Part shown: piece by piece, positions 10,041 to 20,706 of the stretch
How the letters are laid out: every line of letters begins with the position of its first letter
How positions within the stretch are numbered: position 1 is the first letter of the stretch
Assembly: GCA_963851265.1 (NCBI GenBank)
Contig: CAWKNZ010000002.1
Span: 480,001 to 544,000, forward strand
Direction: 5' to 3'
DNA from: an uncultured Gemmatimonadales bacterium
Lineage (GTDB): Bacteria; Gemmatimonadota; Gemmatimonadetes; Gemmatimonadales; Gemmatimonadaceae
Length of the DNA: 64,000 nt
The notes under the pieces: model-generated
What the model was told of the DNA's origin: nothing
The model's input: the letters and a program-made list of their open reading frames with translations, nothing else
The model's database searches: none
Translations under genes and position numbers: made by a program

Positions 10041-11011
10041 GCGACGGCGGGCCGCGCCGAGCCCCACACGCCGAGCAGCCGCAGCACCCCCGCCAGCACC
10101 AGCGCCGCCCCAGGCACCAGCCACCCCGACGGCACCTCGCCCAACGCGGCGGCCGCCGCGACCGCCGACACCACCGGCACGAGCAGCAGCGACCCGCTCG
10201 CGAGCACCGGCGACAGCCGCTCCGACGCGGTCGCGAACCCCACCGTCGGCACGAACGTGCACGCCACGCCGAACAGCGCGAGCAGCGCCCACCCCCGGCC
10301 GTCGAGCGCGCCGGCGGGGACGAACGGCACGCCCGTGGCGACCGCGTGCAGTGCGAGCGCCGCGCACCCGACGACGAACGTGAGCACCGCGACGCCGAGC
10401 GACGCGGGCGCGTCCCGCCCGCCGGTCGCGGCGCGCCGCTGTGCCGTGCGGAACGTGAGCGCGTACCCCGCCGAGAGCGCCGCCGACCCCAGCGCGAGGA
10501 GGTCGCCCAGGACGTGTGTGGGCGCCCCCCCGCCCGTACCGCTCCCGATGCCCGCGCGCAGCGCGGGCACGAGCGTCACCGCCACCCCGGCCACGGCGAG
10601 CGCGGCGCCCTGCCGCTCGCGGGGCGCGGCGGGCTCGCCCCCCAACCGCCGCATGCCGAGCGCGCAGAGCGGCGCCGTCGCGATCAGGAGCGCCACCTCG
10701 GCCACCGGCGCGAGACGGAAGGCGATCACCGCGACCACGTAGTACGCCGTGAGCGTCGCGGCGAGCGCCCACGCCACGGGCGTGCGGAGCGCCGCGCCGA
10801 CTTCCCGCCGCACGCGCGCTGCGGCAACCATCGGCAGCGAGGCCGCGAGCGCGAACGCCAGCCGCCCCGCGACGAGCTCGCGCGGCGAGAGCGCCGGGAT
10901 CTCGCGCACGAGCGTGCCGACCAGTCCCCACGCCAGCGCGGTCGCGCCCGCCGCCGCGAGCCCGACGCGGTCGAGCCGCGCCGCCGGCGCGGTGCCGGCC
11001 GGTGCCGTCAC
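10037..11011 (-). CDS. DMT/EamA family transporter
   Basis: About 10 TM helices in two EamA repeats; GDLLALGSA, LVPVVSAVAA...LGE. Confidence 0.85.
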   Translation of the reverse strand: MTAPAGTAPAARLDRVGLAAAGATALAWGLVGTLVREIPALSPRELVAGRLAFALAASLPMVAAARVRREVGAALRTPVAWALAATLTAYYVVAVIAFRLAPVAEVALLIATAPLCALGMRRLGGEPAAPRERQGAALAVAGVAVTLVPALRAGIGSGTGGGAPTHVLGDLLALGSAALSAGYALTFRTAQRRAATGGRDAPASLGVAVLTFVVGCAALALHAVATGVPFVPAGALDGRGWALLALFGVACTFVPTVGFATASERLSPVLASGSLLLVPVVSAVAAAAALGEVPSGWLVPGAALVLAGVLRLLGVWGSARPAVA

Positions 11012-12762
11012 CGCGCCTCGTACACCGCGCGCCCGCCGACGTAGGTCGCGAGCACGCGCGCGGCGAGGATCTCGTCCGCCGCCGCGCGCATGACGTCGCG
11101 GTCGAGCACGACGAAGTCGGCGTACTTGCCCGCCGTGAGCGACCCGAGGTCGTGTTCCTGGAACGCCGCCATCGCCGGCCAGAGCGTGACCGAGCGCAGC
11201 GCCTCGTCCCGGGTCATCCGCTGCTCGGGGTGCCACCCGCCCGGGGGCCACCCCGCCGCGTCCTGCCGCGACACCGCGGCGTGGAACGAGATCAGCGGGT
11301 TCACGCGCTCCACCGGGAAGTCGCTCCCGTTAGGCACGATGCTTCCCGCGTCGATCAGCGAGCGCCAGGCGTAGGCGCCGTACAGCCGCCCCTCGCCGAG
11401 CCGCGTGCCCGCCCAGTACATGTCGCTCGTCTGGTGGCTCGCCTGCATGCTCGGAATCACCCCGAGCGCGGCGAAGCGCGGCACGTCGTCGTGGTGGAGG
11501 ATCTGCGCGTGCTCGATCCGGAAGCGGTGGTCCGCCGTCGGCACCTCGCGCAGCGCGGCCTCGTAGGCGTCGAGCACGAGCCGGTTGGCGCGGTCGCCGA
11601 TCGCGTGCGTGTTCACCTGGAAGCCGGCGCGCAGCGCGCGGGTCGCGACGTCGCGGATGTGCGCGGGCGCGCTCACCAGCAGCCCGGCGTTCCTCGGGTC
11701 GTCGTTGTACGGCTCGAGCAGCGCCGCGCCCCGCGACCCTAACGCGCCGTCGGCGTACAGCTTGACCGCGCGCACCCACAGCCGCCCGCCGGCGAGCGCG
11801 GAGCGCGGCCCGCGCGCGAAGTAGTACGCGAGCGCCGCCGAGTCGTCGCCCACCATCACGTACGTACGCAGCTCCAACTCGCCCGCGCCCGCCATCTCTT
11901 CCATCAACTCGATCACGGGGCGCGGTTCGCCGGGGTCGTGCACCCCCGTCAGCCCGTAGCGGTGCAGCTCGGCGGTCGCGTCGCGCAGCGCGGTCCGCAC
12001 CTCCGCCCGGGTCGGCGGCGGGATCACGCGCTCGACGAGCGACTTCGCGTTGTCGACGAACACCCCGGTCGGATTGCCGGCCGCGTCCCGCTCGATGCGC
12101 CCGCCCGCGGGGTCCGGCGTGTCGCGCGTGACCCCCGCCGCGCGCATCGCCGCCGCGTTCGCCAGCCCGGCGTGCCCGTCGATGCGCGCCAGCCACACGG
12201 GCCGGTCCGGCACGGCCGCCGACAGCGCTTCGTGCGTCGGGAAGCGCGTGTCGCCCCACGCGTTCTGGTCCCACCCGTGGCCGAGCACCCACGTGCTCCC
12301 CGCGCCTGCCACCGCCGGGTGCGCGCGCGCGCGCTCGGCCACGCGGCGCACCACCTCCGCGTACGCGCGCGTGCCGGCGACGTCCACCTCGTGCAGCACC
12401 AGCCCGAGCTCGAGCAGATGACCGTGCGCGTCGACGAGCCCCGGCAGCACGGTGCGCCCGCCGAGGTCGAGGACGCGCGTGCCCGGTCCGCCGAGCGCCC
12501 GCGCGCCGCCCGCGTCACCGACGAACGCCAGCCGCCCGCCGCGCACCGCGAGCGCGGTCGCGAGCGGACGTCCCGCGTCGGCGGTGTAGACACGCGCGTT
12601 GACGACGACGAGCTCCGCGGGCGGCGGGGCCGCGCCGCCCACGGGCGGCCGCGGCTGCGCGGCGAGCGGCGTCGACGGCGACACCGCAGCGAGGGCTGCG
12701 GCAAGCGCGGCGACGATCGCCGCGGACACGACGGACGGATGGATCCGGGCGAGTGCGCTCAT
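11008..12762 (-). CDS. Amidohydrolase 3 (YtcJ-like), secreted
   Basis: PGLVDAHGH, DGHAGLAN, KLYADGALGSRGA, HAIGDRAN, RIEHAQ, GSDFP. Confidence 0.92.
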   Translation of the reverse strand: MSALARIHPSVVSAAIVAALAAALAAVSPSTPLAAQPRPPVGGAAPPPAELVVVNARVYTADAGRPLATALAVRGGRLAFVGDAGGARALGGPGTRVLDLGGRTVLPGLVDAHGHLLELGLVLHEVDVAGTRAYAEVVRRVAERARAHPAVAGAGSTWVLGHGWDQNAWGDTRFPTHEALSAAVPDRPVWLARIDGHAGLANAAAMRAAGVTRDTPDPAGGRIERDAAGNPTGVFVDNAKSLVERVIPPPTRAEVRTALRDATAELHRYGLTGVHDPGEPRPVIELMEEMAGAGELELRTYVMVGDDSAALAYYFARGPRSALAGGRLWVRAVKLYADGALGSRGAALLEPYNDDPRNAGLLVSAPAHIRDVATRALRAGFQVNTHAIGDRANRLVLDAYEAALREVPTADHRFRIEHAQILHHDDVPRFAALGVIPSMQASHQTSDMYWAGTRLGEGRLYGAYAWRSLIDAGSIVPNGSDFPVERVNPLISFHAAVSRQDAAGWPPGGWHPEQRMTRDEALRSVTLWPAMAAFQEHDLGSLTAGKYADFVVLDRDVMRAAADEILAARVLATYVGGRAVYEAR

Positions 12763-12973
12763 GCGCGGCAAGGTAAGCGGCCGCGAGACTGGGCCGGCGA
12801 ACGGCGCCGGCGAACGGCGCCGGCCACCGCGGCGGGGAATCGGTGACGAACGCCGTTTCCCGCGGGGTCTTGCCTTCCGGGTCGTCCCGTGTGACCGTCC
12901 CGGGCTGCGCGGCTCGACGCCTCGCACCTAGTCGCACGCCCCCACTCAACGCTCGCCCGCAGGAGATCAGGAT

Positions 12974-14455
12974 ATGAGGCTTCGTGCGCACGCACGCCGG
13001 TGGTGGCCCACCCTCGCCGCAGCTGGTGCGGCCGCCACCGGCGTGATGGCCGCGGCCCCCGCCGCCCGCGCCCAGGGGTTTGGATTGAACGAGATCGGGA
13101 GCTGCGCGATCGCGCGCGGCTTCGCGGTCACGGGCGCGCCCTGCGCCGACGCGTCGTCGCTGTACTGGAACCCGGGTGCGGTGAGCAACCTGCCGATGGG
13201 CGTCTCGGTCTACGCCGGCTCGGCGGCGATCGGCATCAACGGGAAGTTCACGGCCGACGGCAGCGGCCGCGTTTACAACGCCAACGTGCCCACGGCGCTC
13301 CCGCCGTATCTCGGACTCGCCGTGCGCACCTCGCCGCGCCTGATGCTCGGCATCGCGACCTACGTGCCCTACGGCCTCACGTCGCAGTGGAACAACGACT
13401 TCCCCGGGCGCTTCTCCGCGCAGAAGTCGGCGCTCCAGGACTTCTACATCCAGCCGACCATCGCCTACGAGCTCGTCCCCGGCCGACTCTCCGTCGGCGG
13501 CGGCGCCATCCTCGCCTACTCGCAGCTCGAACTGCGCCAGTCGCTCGACTTCTCGCAGAGCCCCATCCCGGGGGGCGGCGGCGCGACCTTCGCCAGCCTC
13601 GGCATCCAGCCCGGCACCGAGTTCGCCCGCGCCAAGGTCGCCGGCAACGGCGTCGGCGGCGGCTACACCCTCGGCATCCACGCGCGCCCGATCTCCTCGC
13701 TCTCCATCGGCGCGCGCTACCTGAGCAAGGTGCGCATCGAGTACCGCGGCGCGCAGGCCGACTTCACCACGGTGTCCGCGGCCGACAGCGTCACCTTCGC
13801 CACCGGCAACCCGCTCGGCGTGCCTAACGGAACGTCGCTGCAGCAGGTGGTCGCCGCGCAGTTCCAGCCCGGCGGCTCGCTCGCGCGCGGACAGACCGCG
13901 AGCACGACGATCACCAACCCCGCGCAGTACCAGGTCGGGATCGGCTTCAACGGCCTCCCCAACACCACCCTGTCGCTCGACTACGCGCAGGTCCGGTGGT
14001 CGTCGTTCCAGTCGCTGCCCGTCAACTTCACGACCCAGGCCGGCGTGCCCAACGTCGCGCTCTCGCGCGTGCAGCTCGAGGACTACCACGACTCCAAGTC
14101 CTACCGCGGCGGCCTCGAACACCGCCTCGGCGGCGACGGCGGCATCGCCGTCCGCCTCGGCTACGCCTACGAGGAGGGCGCCGCGCCCGACGTCACCGTG
14201 ACGCCGCTCCTCCCCGACATGAACCGCTACGCCTTCGGCGGCGGCCTCGGGGTCCCGCTCGGCGGCCACAGCCTGCTCGGCCTCGGCCGCGGCGGCTACA
14301 TGCTCGACCTGTCGTACCTGCGCATCGACACCCGCGGGCGCCGCGGCCGCACCGGCGAGCGACTCTCCGAGACGCTCACCGCCCAGCAGGTCAACAACGG
14401 CTACTACAACCTGAACGCGAACGTCCTCTCCGCGAGCGTGCGGGCCAACTTCTGA
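12974..14455 (+). CDS. OmpP1/FadL family outer membrane transporter
   Basis: Signal peptide; GFGLNE, DASSLYWNPG hatch motif, PYGL, C-terminal Phe. Confidence 0.88.
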   Translation: MRLRAHARRWWPTLAAAGAAATGVMAAAPAARAQGFGLNEIGSCAIARGFAVTGAPCADASSLYWNPGAVSNLPMGVSVYAGSAAIGINGKFTADGSGRVYNANVPTALPPYLGLAVRTSPRLMLGIATYVPYGLTSQWNNDFPGRFSAQKSALQDFYIQPTIAYELVPGRLSVGGGAILAYSQLELRQSLDFSQSPIPGGGGATFASLGIQPGTEFARAKVAGNGVGGGYTLGIHARPISSLSIGARYLSKVRIEYRGAQADFTTVSAADSVTFATGNPLGVPNGTSLQQVVAAQFQPGGSLARGQTASTTITNPAQYQVGIGFNGLPNTTLSLDYAQVRWSSFQSLPVNFTTQAGVPNVALSRVQLEDYHDSKSYRGGLEHRLGGDGGIAVRLGYAYEEGAAPDVTVTPLLPDMNRYAFGGGLGVPLGGHSLLGLGRGGYMLDLSYLRIDTRGRRGRTGERLSETLTAQQVNNGYYNLNANVLSASVRANF

Positions 14456-14477
14456 GCTAGCTGACGCGCCACCTCCC

Positions 14478-15851
14478 ATGACTTCGCGCTCCACCCTCCG
14501 CGCGGCCGTCCGCGCCGCCAGACCGGCCGCCGCCCTCGCCGCCGCCGTCGCAGCGGCCGCCTGCAGCCGGGACCCGATCCTCGTCGGCGCCACCCCGCCC
14601 GCCGCCGCGCCGTTCATGGCGCGTTACGTCGCGATCGGCAACAGCATCACCGCCGGGTACCAGTCCGGCGGCATCACCGACTCGACCCAGCGCCGCAGCT
14701 ACGCGCGCATGCTCGCGATCGCGGCCGGCGCGACGTATAACTACCCGTCGTTCCGAGCGCCGGGCTGCCCACCCCCGATCGTCAACTTCCTGACCGGAGT
14801 GCGCACCAACAACGACACGTCGAGCACGTCGTGCGCGCTGCGGGACCCCGCGTCGGCCACCGCGTCGCTCAACAACGTGGCCGTCCCGGGCGCCAACTCG
14901 TGGGACGCCGTCGGCCGCGGCCTGACGGCGACCACCACCACCCCCGCCTCGCTCACCACCGGCGGCTACAGCGCGCTCACCGCCTTCATCCTCGGCGGGC
15001 AGACGCAGCTCCAGCGTGCCGTGCAGCTCGACCCGACCTTCGCGACCGTCTGGATCGGAAACCTTGACGTGCTCGCCGGCGCGCTCCAGTCCGCAGGCGA
15101 CAGCACGAAGGCGACCAACGTCGCCAACTTCACCAGTAACTACGCCGCACTCGTCAACGGACTCACCAACGGCAGCCCCAACCTCAAGGGCGGCGTACTG
15201 ATCGGCGTCGTCGACCCGACCGCCGTCCCGCTCCTCGTTCCGTTCGCGGTGTTCAATCCGAACGTGCCAGGGTCGAGCGCCGCGGCGTACCAGGCGGTAC
15301 TCGGCGTGTTCGGGGTGGGCACCACGCGCCCGGTGACGTTCCGCCTTCTGTTCAGCGCCAACTGCACCACGTCCGGCGCGGCGATCGCGTTCCCCGCGCT
15401 CGTGCAACTCAACCGCCTGATCCCGGTCGCGGCCCCGAGCTTCACCATCGATTGCAGCGGCACGTCGCTCCTCGCCGCGAACACGCCGCAGACCCTCTTT
15501 TTCGTGACCGACGCGGAGCGGACGTTCTACCAGAACCGGGTCGTCGCCTACAACACCTACATCCACGCCAAGGCCGACAGCATCGGGTGGGCGTACGTCG
15601 ACCCGAACCCGCTGTTCGTCGCGCTCAAGCAGCAGGGCGCGATTCCGCCTTTCCCCGACCTCGCCCATCCGACGGCCCCTTTCGCGGTGGCGGCGGGAAC
15701 GGCCCAGCAGGTCCGGTACATCACCAACGACGGTGTCCACCCGAGCACGTCCGCGCACTTCGTGCTGGCCAACACGCTTATCACCGCGATCAACACGAAG
15801 TACGGCTCGACGATCCGCGCGCTCACGCCGGCGGATACGACGGGTCTGTAG
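14478..15851 (+). CDS. SGNH/GDSL hydrolase family lipoprotein
   Basis: Lipobox VAAAAC; YVAIGNSITAG block I, NVAVPGA, WIGN, DGVHP block V. Confidence 0.85.
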   Translation: MTSRSTLRAAVRAARPAAALAAAVAAAACSRDPILVGATPPAAAPFMARYVAIGNSITAGYQSGGITDSTQRRSYARMLAIAAGATYNYPSFRAPGCPPPIVNFLTGVRTNNDTSSTSCALRDPASATASLNNVAVPGANSWDAVGRGLTATTTTPASLTTGGYSALTAFILGGQTQLQRAVQLDPTFATVWIGNLDVLAGALQSAGDSTKATNVANFTSNYAALVNGLTNGSPNLKGGVLIGVVDPTAVPLLVPFAVFNPNVPGSSAAAYQAVLGVFGVGTTRPVTFRLLFSANCTTSGAAIAFPALVQLNRLIPVAAPSFTIDCSGTSLLAANTPQTLFFVTDAERTFYQNRVVAYNTYIHAKADSIGWAYVDPNPLFVALKQQGAIPPFPDLAHPTAPFAVAAGTAQQVRYITNDGVHPSTSAHFVLANTLITAINTKYGSTIRALTPADTTGL

Positions 15852-15875
15852 CCGCACTCCTCCGCCCGGTTCGTG

Positions 15876-15938
15876 CGAGCGTCGCCCCGCTCACGCGGGG
15901 CGCGCTCGGCGTCGGGGGCGCGCCCACGCCCCCGACGC
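15876..15938. terminator. Two adjacent GC hairpins between convergent genes
   Basis: CGCCCCGC-tcac-GCGGGGCG and a 12-bp stem GCGTCGGGGGCG/CGCCCCCGACGC (15909-15938); no U-tract. Confidence 0.5.
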
Positions 15939-15941
15939 GGG

Positions 15942-16979
15942 TCAGGCTCGCGTCCCGAAGGCGTCGACCAGCGCACGGGCCGCCATGGCCTGCGCCTCTC
16001 GCGCCGCCTCGACGGCGGCGGCCATGCCGAAGAACTCGTGCGTCACGCCCGGGAAGGTCCGCTGCTCGGTCCGGACACCGGCCGCCCGCAAGCGCTCGGC
16101 CAGCTGTTCGCCCTCGGTGCGCAGCGGGTCGAGCTCGGCGTTGATGATCGTCGTCGGCGGCAGCCCCGCGAGATTCCCGTTCACGAGATCGATCGCCTCG
16201 GTGCGGCCCTGCTCCGCATTCTCGAGGTACTTGTCGAAGAACCAGCGCATCATCGGCGAGCTGAGCGGCTTGGCCTGCTCCATCTCGCGGTAGCTCTCCG
16301 TCTGCGTGTCGTAGCCGGCGATCGGGTACACGAGCACCTCGTGCACCGGAAGCTGGACGCCCTCGTCGCGCGCGTTGATCGACACGACGGCCGCCATGTT
16401 GCCGCCGGCGCTCTCGCCGAGCACCGCCACGCGCGCCCGGTCGCCGCCTAACGATTCGGCGTTCGCGAGGGTCCACTTGTACGCCGCATACACGTCCTCG
16501 TGCGCGGCGGGGAACTTGTGCTCGGGCGCCTGGCGGTAGTGCGTCGAGACCACGATCGCGTGCGCCGCGTTCGCGATCCCGCGCGGCGAGGCGTCGTACA
16601 CGTCGAGGTCGGCGATCACCCACCCGCCGCCGTGGATGTAGAAGACGACCGGAAGCAGCTGCCCCTCGCGGGCGCTCGCCGGCTTGTAGACGCGGACCTT
16701 GATCCCGCCGGCCGGGCCCTCGATGGTGCGGTCGTCGACGTCGCCGACGTCCTCCGGAATCGTGTTCTCCTCGCCACGGTCCTGCAACACCGCCTTGACC
16801 GCGTCGGCCGGCGTGGGCTGCTTGCGCGCGTCGGCCGCGTCGAGCGTCTCGATCGGCTTCGCGCCTGACGCCTGCATCGCGCGGAGTACGGCCGCCATGT
16901 CGGGGTTGGGCCGGCGGCCGCCGAACATCGACGCCAACTCCTCGATCGACTGGCCCTGCTGGGTATCGGATTGTGCCAT
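15942..16979 (-). CDS. HSL-family esterase/lipase (alpha/beta hydrolase fold 3)
   Basis: HGGGW, GESAGG, DPLR, HEFF; AGGAG RBS before MAQSD. Confidence 0.92.
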   Translation of the reverse strand: MAQSDTQQGQSIEELASMFGGRRPNPDMAAVLRAMQASGAKPIETLDAADARKQPTPADAVKAVLQDRGEENTIPEDVGDVDDRTIEGPAGGIKVRVYKPASAREGQLLPVVFYIHGGGWVIADLDVYDASPRGIANAAHAIVVSTHYRQAPEHKFPAAHEDVYAAYKWTLANAESLGGDRARVAVLGESAGGNMAAVVSINARDEGVQLPVHEVLVYPIAGYDTQTESYREMEQAKPLSSPMMRWFFDKYLENAEQGRTEAIDLVNGNLAGLPPTTIINAELDPLRTEGEQLAERLRAAGVRTEQRTFPGVTHEFFGMAAAVEAAREAQAMAARALVDAFGTRA

Positions 16980-17562
16980 GTCGCGTGATGCTCCTGTAGA
17001 TAGACTGGATGGTCGGGCCGTCGTGCCGGGCACGTTCGGTGCCCGCGAGCCACGGAACCGTCGGCCGTGCCTGCACCGGTATGCCGCAGCACGGGACGCC
17101 GCGGTCACCGGGAGAACGCGCGCCGTCACGTACTCGGTCCACGCCACACTGCCGTATGCGTCCGTCCCGGTCGTGTTTGCCGTCGTCGGCGCGGTCGTGG
17201 GCACGTTGCCGCCGTGGGCCGCGCGGCTGCGCAGCTACGGCCTCCACATCGCGGCCGACGTAGTCTTCGCCGTCGACCCGCTCCCGGAGGTCCAGCGGCG
17301 AGCGAGCGCGGTCACCTGGCCCGGCTCGCTATCCACGACCGGGACGTCGTGCGGCCAGCCGCTGGCGGCGTGGAGCTTCCGCCGCGGGCGGCGAGTGCGA
17401 TACCCCCGGGCGTGAGCCGACGTCGACCGAGCCGATCACGGCGCGGGTGCGCGTGGCCCGGAGTCCGACGGTGCCGTGCCGGCTGTGCGCCACGTAGACC
17501 GTGGCTCCGTCCGGTGCGAGCGCGCCCTGTTCGGCGCGCCCGAGCCGGCCGTGCGAAATCGC

Positions 17563-19866
17563 CTAACGCGCCGCCGCGACCGGCTTACGCGCGACCGCGT
17601 AGACCGGTACCAGGATCGCCAGCACGAAGATCCCGAACGCGACCCCGGGGTTCGTCGCCACCGCGCCGAGCCGCGATTCCATGTCGATCCCCCCGGCCAC
17701 GTCGTACGCCGCGAGCGCCGCGAGCGCGATCCCCGTGATCGCCCCGCCCGCGATGAGCCCCGACGAGATCAGCACCCCGGGCCCGCTCTCCGACTCCGCG
17801 TCCGAGGCCGCGCCGAGCCCCGCCGCCGCCCGCCGCCGCGCGACGACCCGCTCGGCCGCCCAGCGCACCACCCCTCCGGCAAAGATCCCCGCCGACGTCG
17901 AGATCGGCAGGTACAGCCCCACCGACACCGGCAGCGACGACACGCCGATGATCTCGAGCGCGACGGCGAAGAACGCGCCCACGAGGATCAACCCCCACGA
18001 CAGCTTCTGCGTGAGGATCCCGTCGACCACGAGCCGCATGATCTGCGCCTTCGGCGAGTCGAGCTTCTTCACGTGCCGCCCGGTCGTGGTCGTCTCCTCG
18101 GTGCCGCCGATCCCCGGGTCGACGAGGTACGTGATCGCCCCCGACCCGTCCACGAGGTAGCGCCCCGCCGGCGCCGCGCCGGTCTGCTCGTACAGGTGTG
18201 CCAGGCGGAGGGGCCCGTCGGGCGACGCGACTAGCCGGTCACCGGCCAGCTGGTACCGCGCGGGCTCCACGTCGCGCACCGCCACGCCCGCGTACGTCCT
18301 CGGCGCGTACGTCGTGTACGCGCGGTCGAGCGCCTGGATCGTGAAGCCGATCAGCAACGCGCTCGTCGTCACGCCGAACAGCAGCCCCACCTGCTGCCGC
18401 GCCGGGGTGGCACCGACGAGGTAGCCCGTCTTGAGGTCCTGCGACGTCGCCCCGGCCACCGCAGCCGCCACGCACACCACGCCGCCGATCGACAGCGCGA
18501 GCACGCGGTGCTCGATCCCCGTCCACCCCACCGCGAGGAAGATCAACGCGGTGAGCAGCACGGTCGCCACCGTCATCCCCGAGATCGGGTTGGACGACGA
18601 CCCGATCTGCCCCGTGATGCGGCTCGACACCGTGACGAACAGGAAGGCGAAGAACAGCGCGAGCAGCGCGCCGCCGACGTTGATCCCGATCTGCGGCAGG
18701 AGCACCATCGCCGCGACCAGCACCAGCGACCCCACGCCGACGAGCGCGAACGGCAGGTCGCGCCCGCGCCGGCCGCCCGACGCCGCCGAGCCGATCCCGG
18801 CCCCGTTCGCCGCCCCGTTCGCCGCGGTCCGGGCCGCCGCGCCCGCGCGTGGCGCTCGCCGCACCCCGCCCACGAGCGCGGCCGCGATCGTCGGCAGCGA
18901 CCGGCCTAACGAGATGAGCCCCGCCATCGTGACCGCGCCCGCGCCGACGTAGTACACGTAGTTCGCGCGCACGTCCATGGCCGACATGGCCGAGATGAGC
19001 TTGGTCGCCGGCGCCACGGGCGTCGTGAGGCCCGCGCCGAAGTACTTGATCGCGGGGATCAGCACGAAGAACGACGTCAGCCCGCCGCCGAAGAGGTAGC
19101 CCGCGATCTTCGGCCCGATGATGAACCCCACGCCCGCGAGCTCCGGGCTCACCTCGCACTGGATCTCGCCGAACAGCTCCGGGCGTCCGTTAGGCACGGC
19201 CCGCTGGAACGTCTGCTTCGGCACCTCCGCCCACAGGTGTGCGCCCGAGTTGAGGAACTTGTAGACCGCGCCGAGGAAGAAGCCGCCGAACACGGTCTTC
19301 GCCTGCGTGCCGCCCTCCTCGCCCGCGATCAGCACCTCCGCGCACGCGGTGCCCTCGGGGTACTTCAGGTTCTCGTGCTCGTCGACGATCAGCGACTTGC
19401 GCAGCGGGATCATCAGCAACACGCCGAGCAGGCCGCCGACGAGCGCGATCGCGGCCACCTTCGTCCACGGCAGCGAGTAGCCCAGCAGCAGCAGGGCGGG
19501 GAGCGTGAACACCGTCCCCGCCGCGATCGACTCGCCCGCCGAGCCCGTCGTCTGCACGATGTTGTTGCGCAGGATCGACGAGCGCCCGCCGGTGAGGTTG
19601 GTCACCCAGCGGAAGATCGTGATCGACAGCACCGCGATCGGGATCGACGCGCTCACGGTGAGGCCGATCTTGAGCGCGAGGTACACACTCGACGCGGCGA
19701 ACACGAGCCCGAGCACGACCCCGATCAGGATCGCCGGCGCCGTGAGTTCGGGCAGGTCGGTGTGGTCGGGAACGTAGGGCGCGAACTCGACCGAGTCGCC
19801 GGCCAGCGGAACGCGGTCGGCGCTCGGCGCGACGGCCGGCTGCTCGGGGATGGTGACGGTGGCCAT
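17563..19866 (-). CDS. OPT family oligopeptide transporter
   Basis: YLALKIGLTVSASIPIAV, NNIVQTTGSAGE, YPEGTACAEVL, SSNPISGMT, SQDLKTGYLVGATP. Confidence 0.94.
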   Translation of the reverse strand: MATVTIPEQPAVAPSADRVPLAGDSVEFAPYVPDHTDLPELTAPAILIGVVLGLVFAASSVYLALKIGLTVSASIPIAVLSITIFRWVTNLTGGRSSILRNNIVQTTGSAGESIAAGTVFTLPALLLLGYSLPWTKVAAIALVGGLLGVLLMIPLRKSLIVDEHENLKYPEGTACAEVLIAGEEGGTQAKTVFGGFFLGAVYKFLNSGAHLWAEVPKQTFQRAVPNGRPELFGEIQCEVSPELAGVGFIIGPKIAGYLFGGGLTSFFVLIPAIKYFGAGLTTPVAPATKLISAMSAMDVRANYVYYVGAGAVTMAGLISLGRSLPTIAAALVGGVRRAPRAGAAARTAANGAANGAGIGSAASGGRRGRDLPFALVGVGSLVLVAAMVLLPQIGINVGGALLALFFAFLFVTVSSRITGQIGSSSNPISGMTVATVLLTALIFLAVGWTGIEHRVLALSIGGVVCVAAAVAGATSQDLKTGYLVGATPARQQVGLLFGVTTSALLIGFTIQALDRAYTTYAPRTYAGVAVRDVEPARYQLAGDRLVASPDGPLRLAHLYEQTGAAPAGRYLVDGSGAITYLVDPGIGGTEETTTTGRHVKKLDSPKAQIMRLVVDGILTQKLSWGLILVGAFFAVALEIIGVSSLPVSVGLYLPISTSAGIFAGGVVRWAAERVVARRRAAAGLGAASDAESESGPGVLISSGLIAGGAITGIALAALAAYDVAGGIDMESRLGAVATNPGVAFGIFVLAILVPVYAVARKPVAAAR

Positions 19867-20092
19867 GCCGCCCAATATGCGTTCCGGCCCGGTCAAACAG
19901 ACAGCGCGTACGCCGGCGTCTGCCAGCTTGGTGCCCCGTGCGCACCGCGGTATGCCGAGGTTGCACACTCGGACGGGCACCCGCGTTGCCCTCGTCAGGA
20001 CCGCCGCGGCACACGGGGTCGGCCGCGGAACGCAGGTCGACGTCGACCCCACCACCACCTCTCACGCAACGTTATTCGCGAGGACCTGTTCG

Positions 20093-20638
20093 ATGGCTTA
20101 CCGCAGCGGATTCCCCCTTGGCCCGGTCGGCGTTCCCGGCATCTTCGGCCTCCGTCGCGAGATCGACCGCCTGTTCGAGGACGCGTTCAGCACGCAGGAC
20201 GGCAACGGCCGTGGCACGACGCCGAGCTTCACCCCGGCGGCCGACGCGCGTGAGGACGCGCGCGAGATCACGCTTCACATGGACCTTCCCGGCGTTCGCC
20301 CCGCGGACGTCGACATCTCGGTCGAGAACGGGCTGCTCACCGTGCGCGGTCAGCGCAACCAGCACCGCAAGGAAGGGCAGGACGGCCGGTTCCACTTCGT
20401 CGAGCGCAGCTACGGCAGCTTCTCGCGCGGCTTCCAGCTCCCGCAGGGTGTCGACGAGTCGCAGATCCGCGCCGATTTCGAGCACGGCGAATTGATCATC
20501 CACGTGCCGAAGCCCGCGCTCCCGCAGCCGCGCAAGGTGCAGATCGGCGTCGGCGGCGTGACAAGCACGAACGCGGAGCCGGCCGCTGCTGCGGCCACCC
20601 CCGCCGCCGAGACCACGAGCCACGCCGCGTCGCACTGA
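20093..20638 (+). CDS. Hsp20/alpha-crystallin small heat shock protein
   Basis: DLPGV, LTVRGQR, ERSYGSFSRGFQLP, ADFEHGELIIHVPK. Confidence 0.94.
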   Translation: MAYRSGFPLGPVGVPGIFGLRREIDRLFEDAFSTQDGNGRGTTPSFTPAADAREDAREITLHMDLPGVRPADVDISVENGLLTVRGQRNQHRKEGQDGRFHFVERSYGSFSRGFQLPQGVDESQIRADFEHGELIIHVPKPALPQPRKVQIGVGGVTSTNAEPAAAAATPAAETTSHAASH

Positions 20639-20665
20639 CGTCCGGCGATCGAGAGCGAGGGTGAC

Positions 20666-20706
20666 GGGCCCGGGGCCGCGTGCCATGCGGCCCCGGGCTC
20701 TTGCTT
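20666..20706 (+). terminator. Intrinsic terminator after hsp20
   Basis: 14-bp stem GGGCCCGGGGCCGC/GCGGCCCCGGGCTC followed by TTGCTT. Confidence 0.7.

Noticed and set aside
19921..19936. Possible sigma-54 promoter GGGCAC-N5-TGGCA (minus strand) upstream of the OPT gene
   Set aside because: Correct GG-N10-GC spacing, but mismatched at both boxes and plausible by chance in GC-rich DNA.
19870..20092. CIRCE, HAIR or ROSE heat-shock element before hsp20
   Set aside because: No matching inverted repeat or thermometer motif found.
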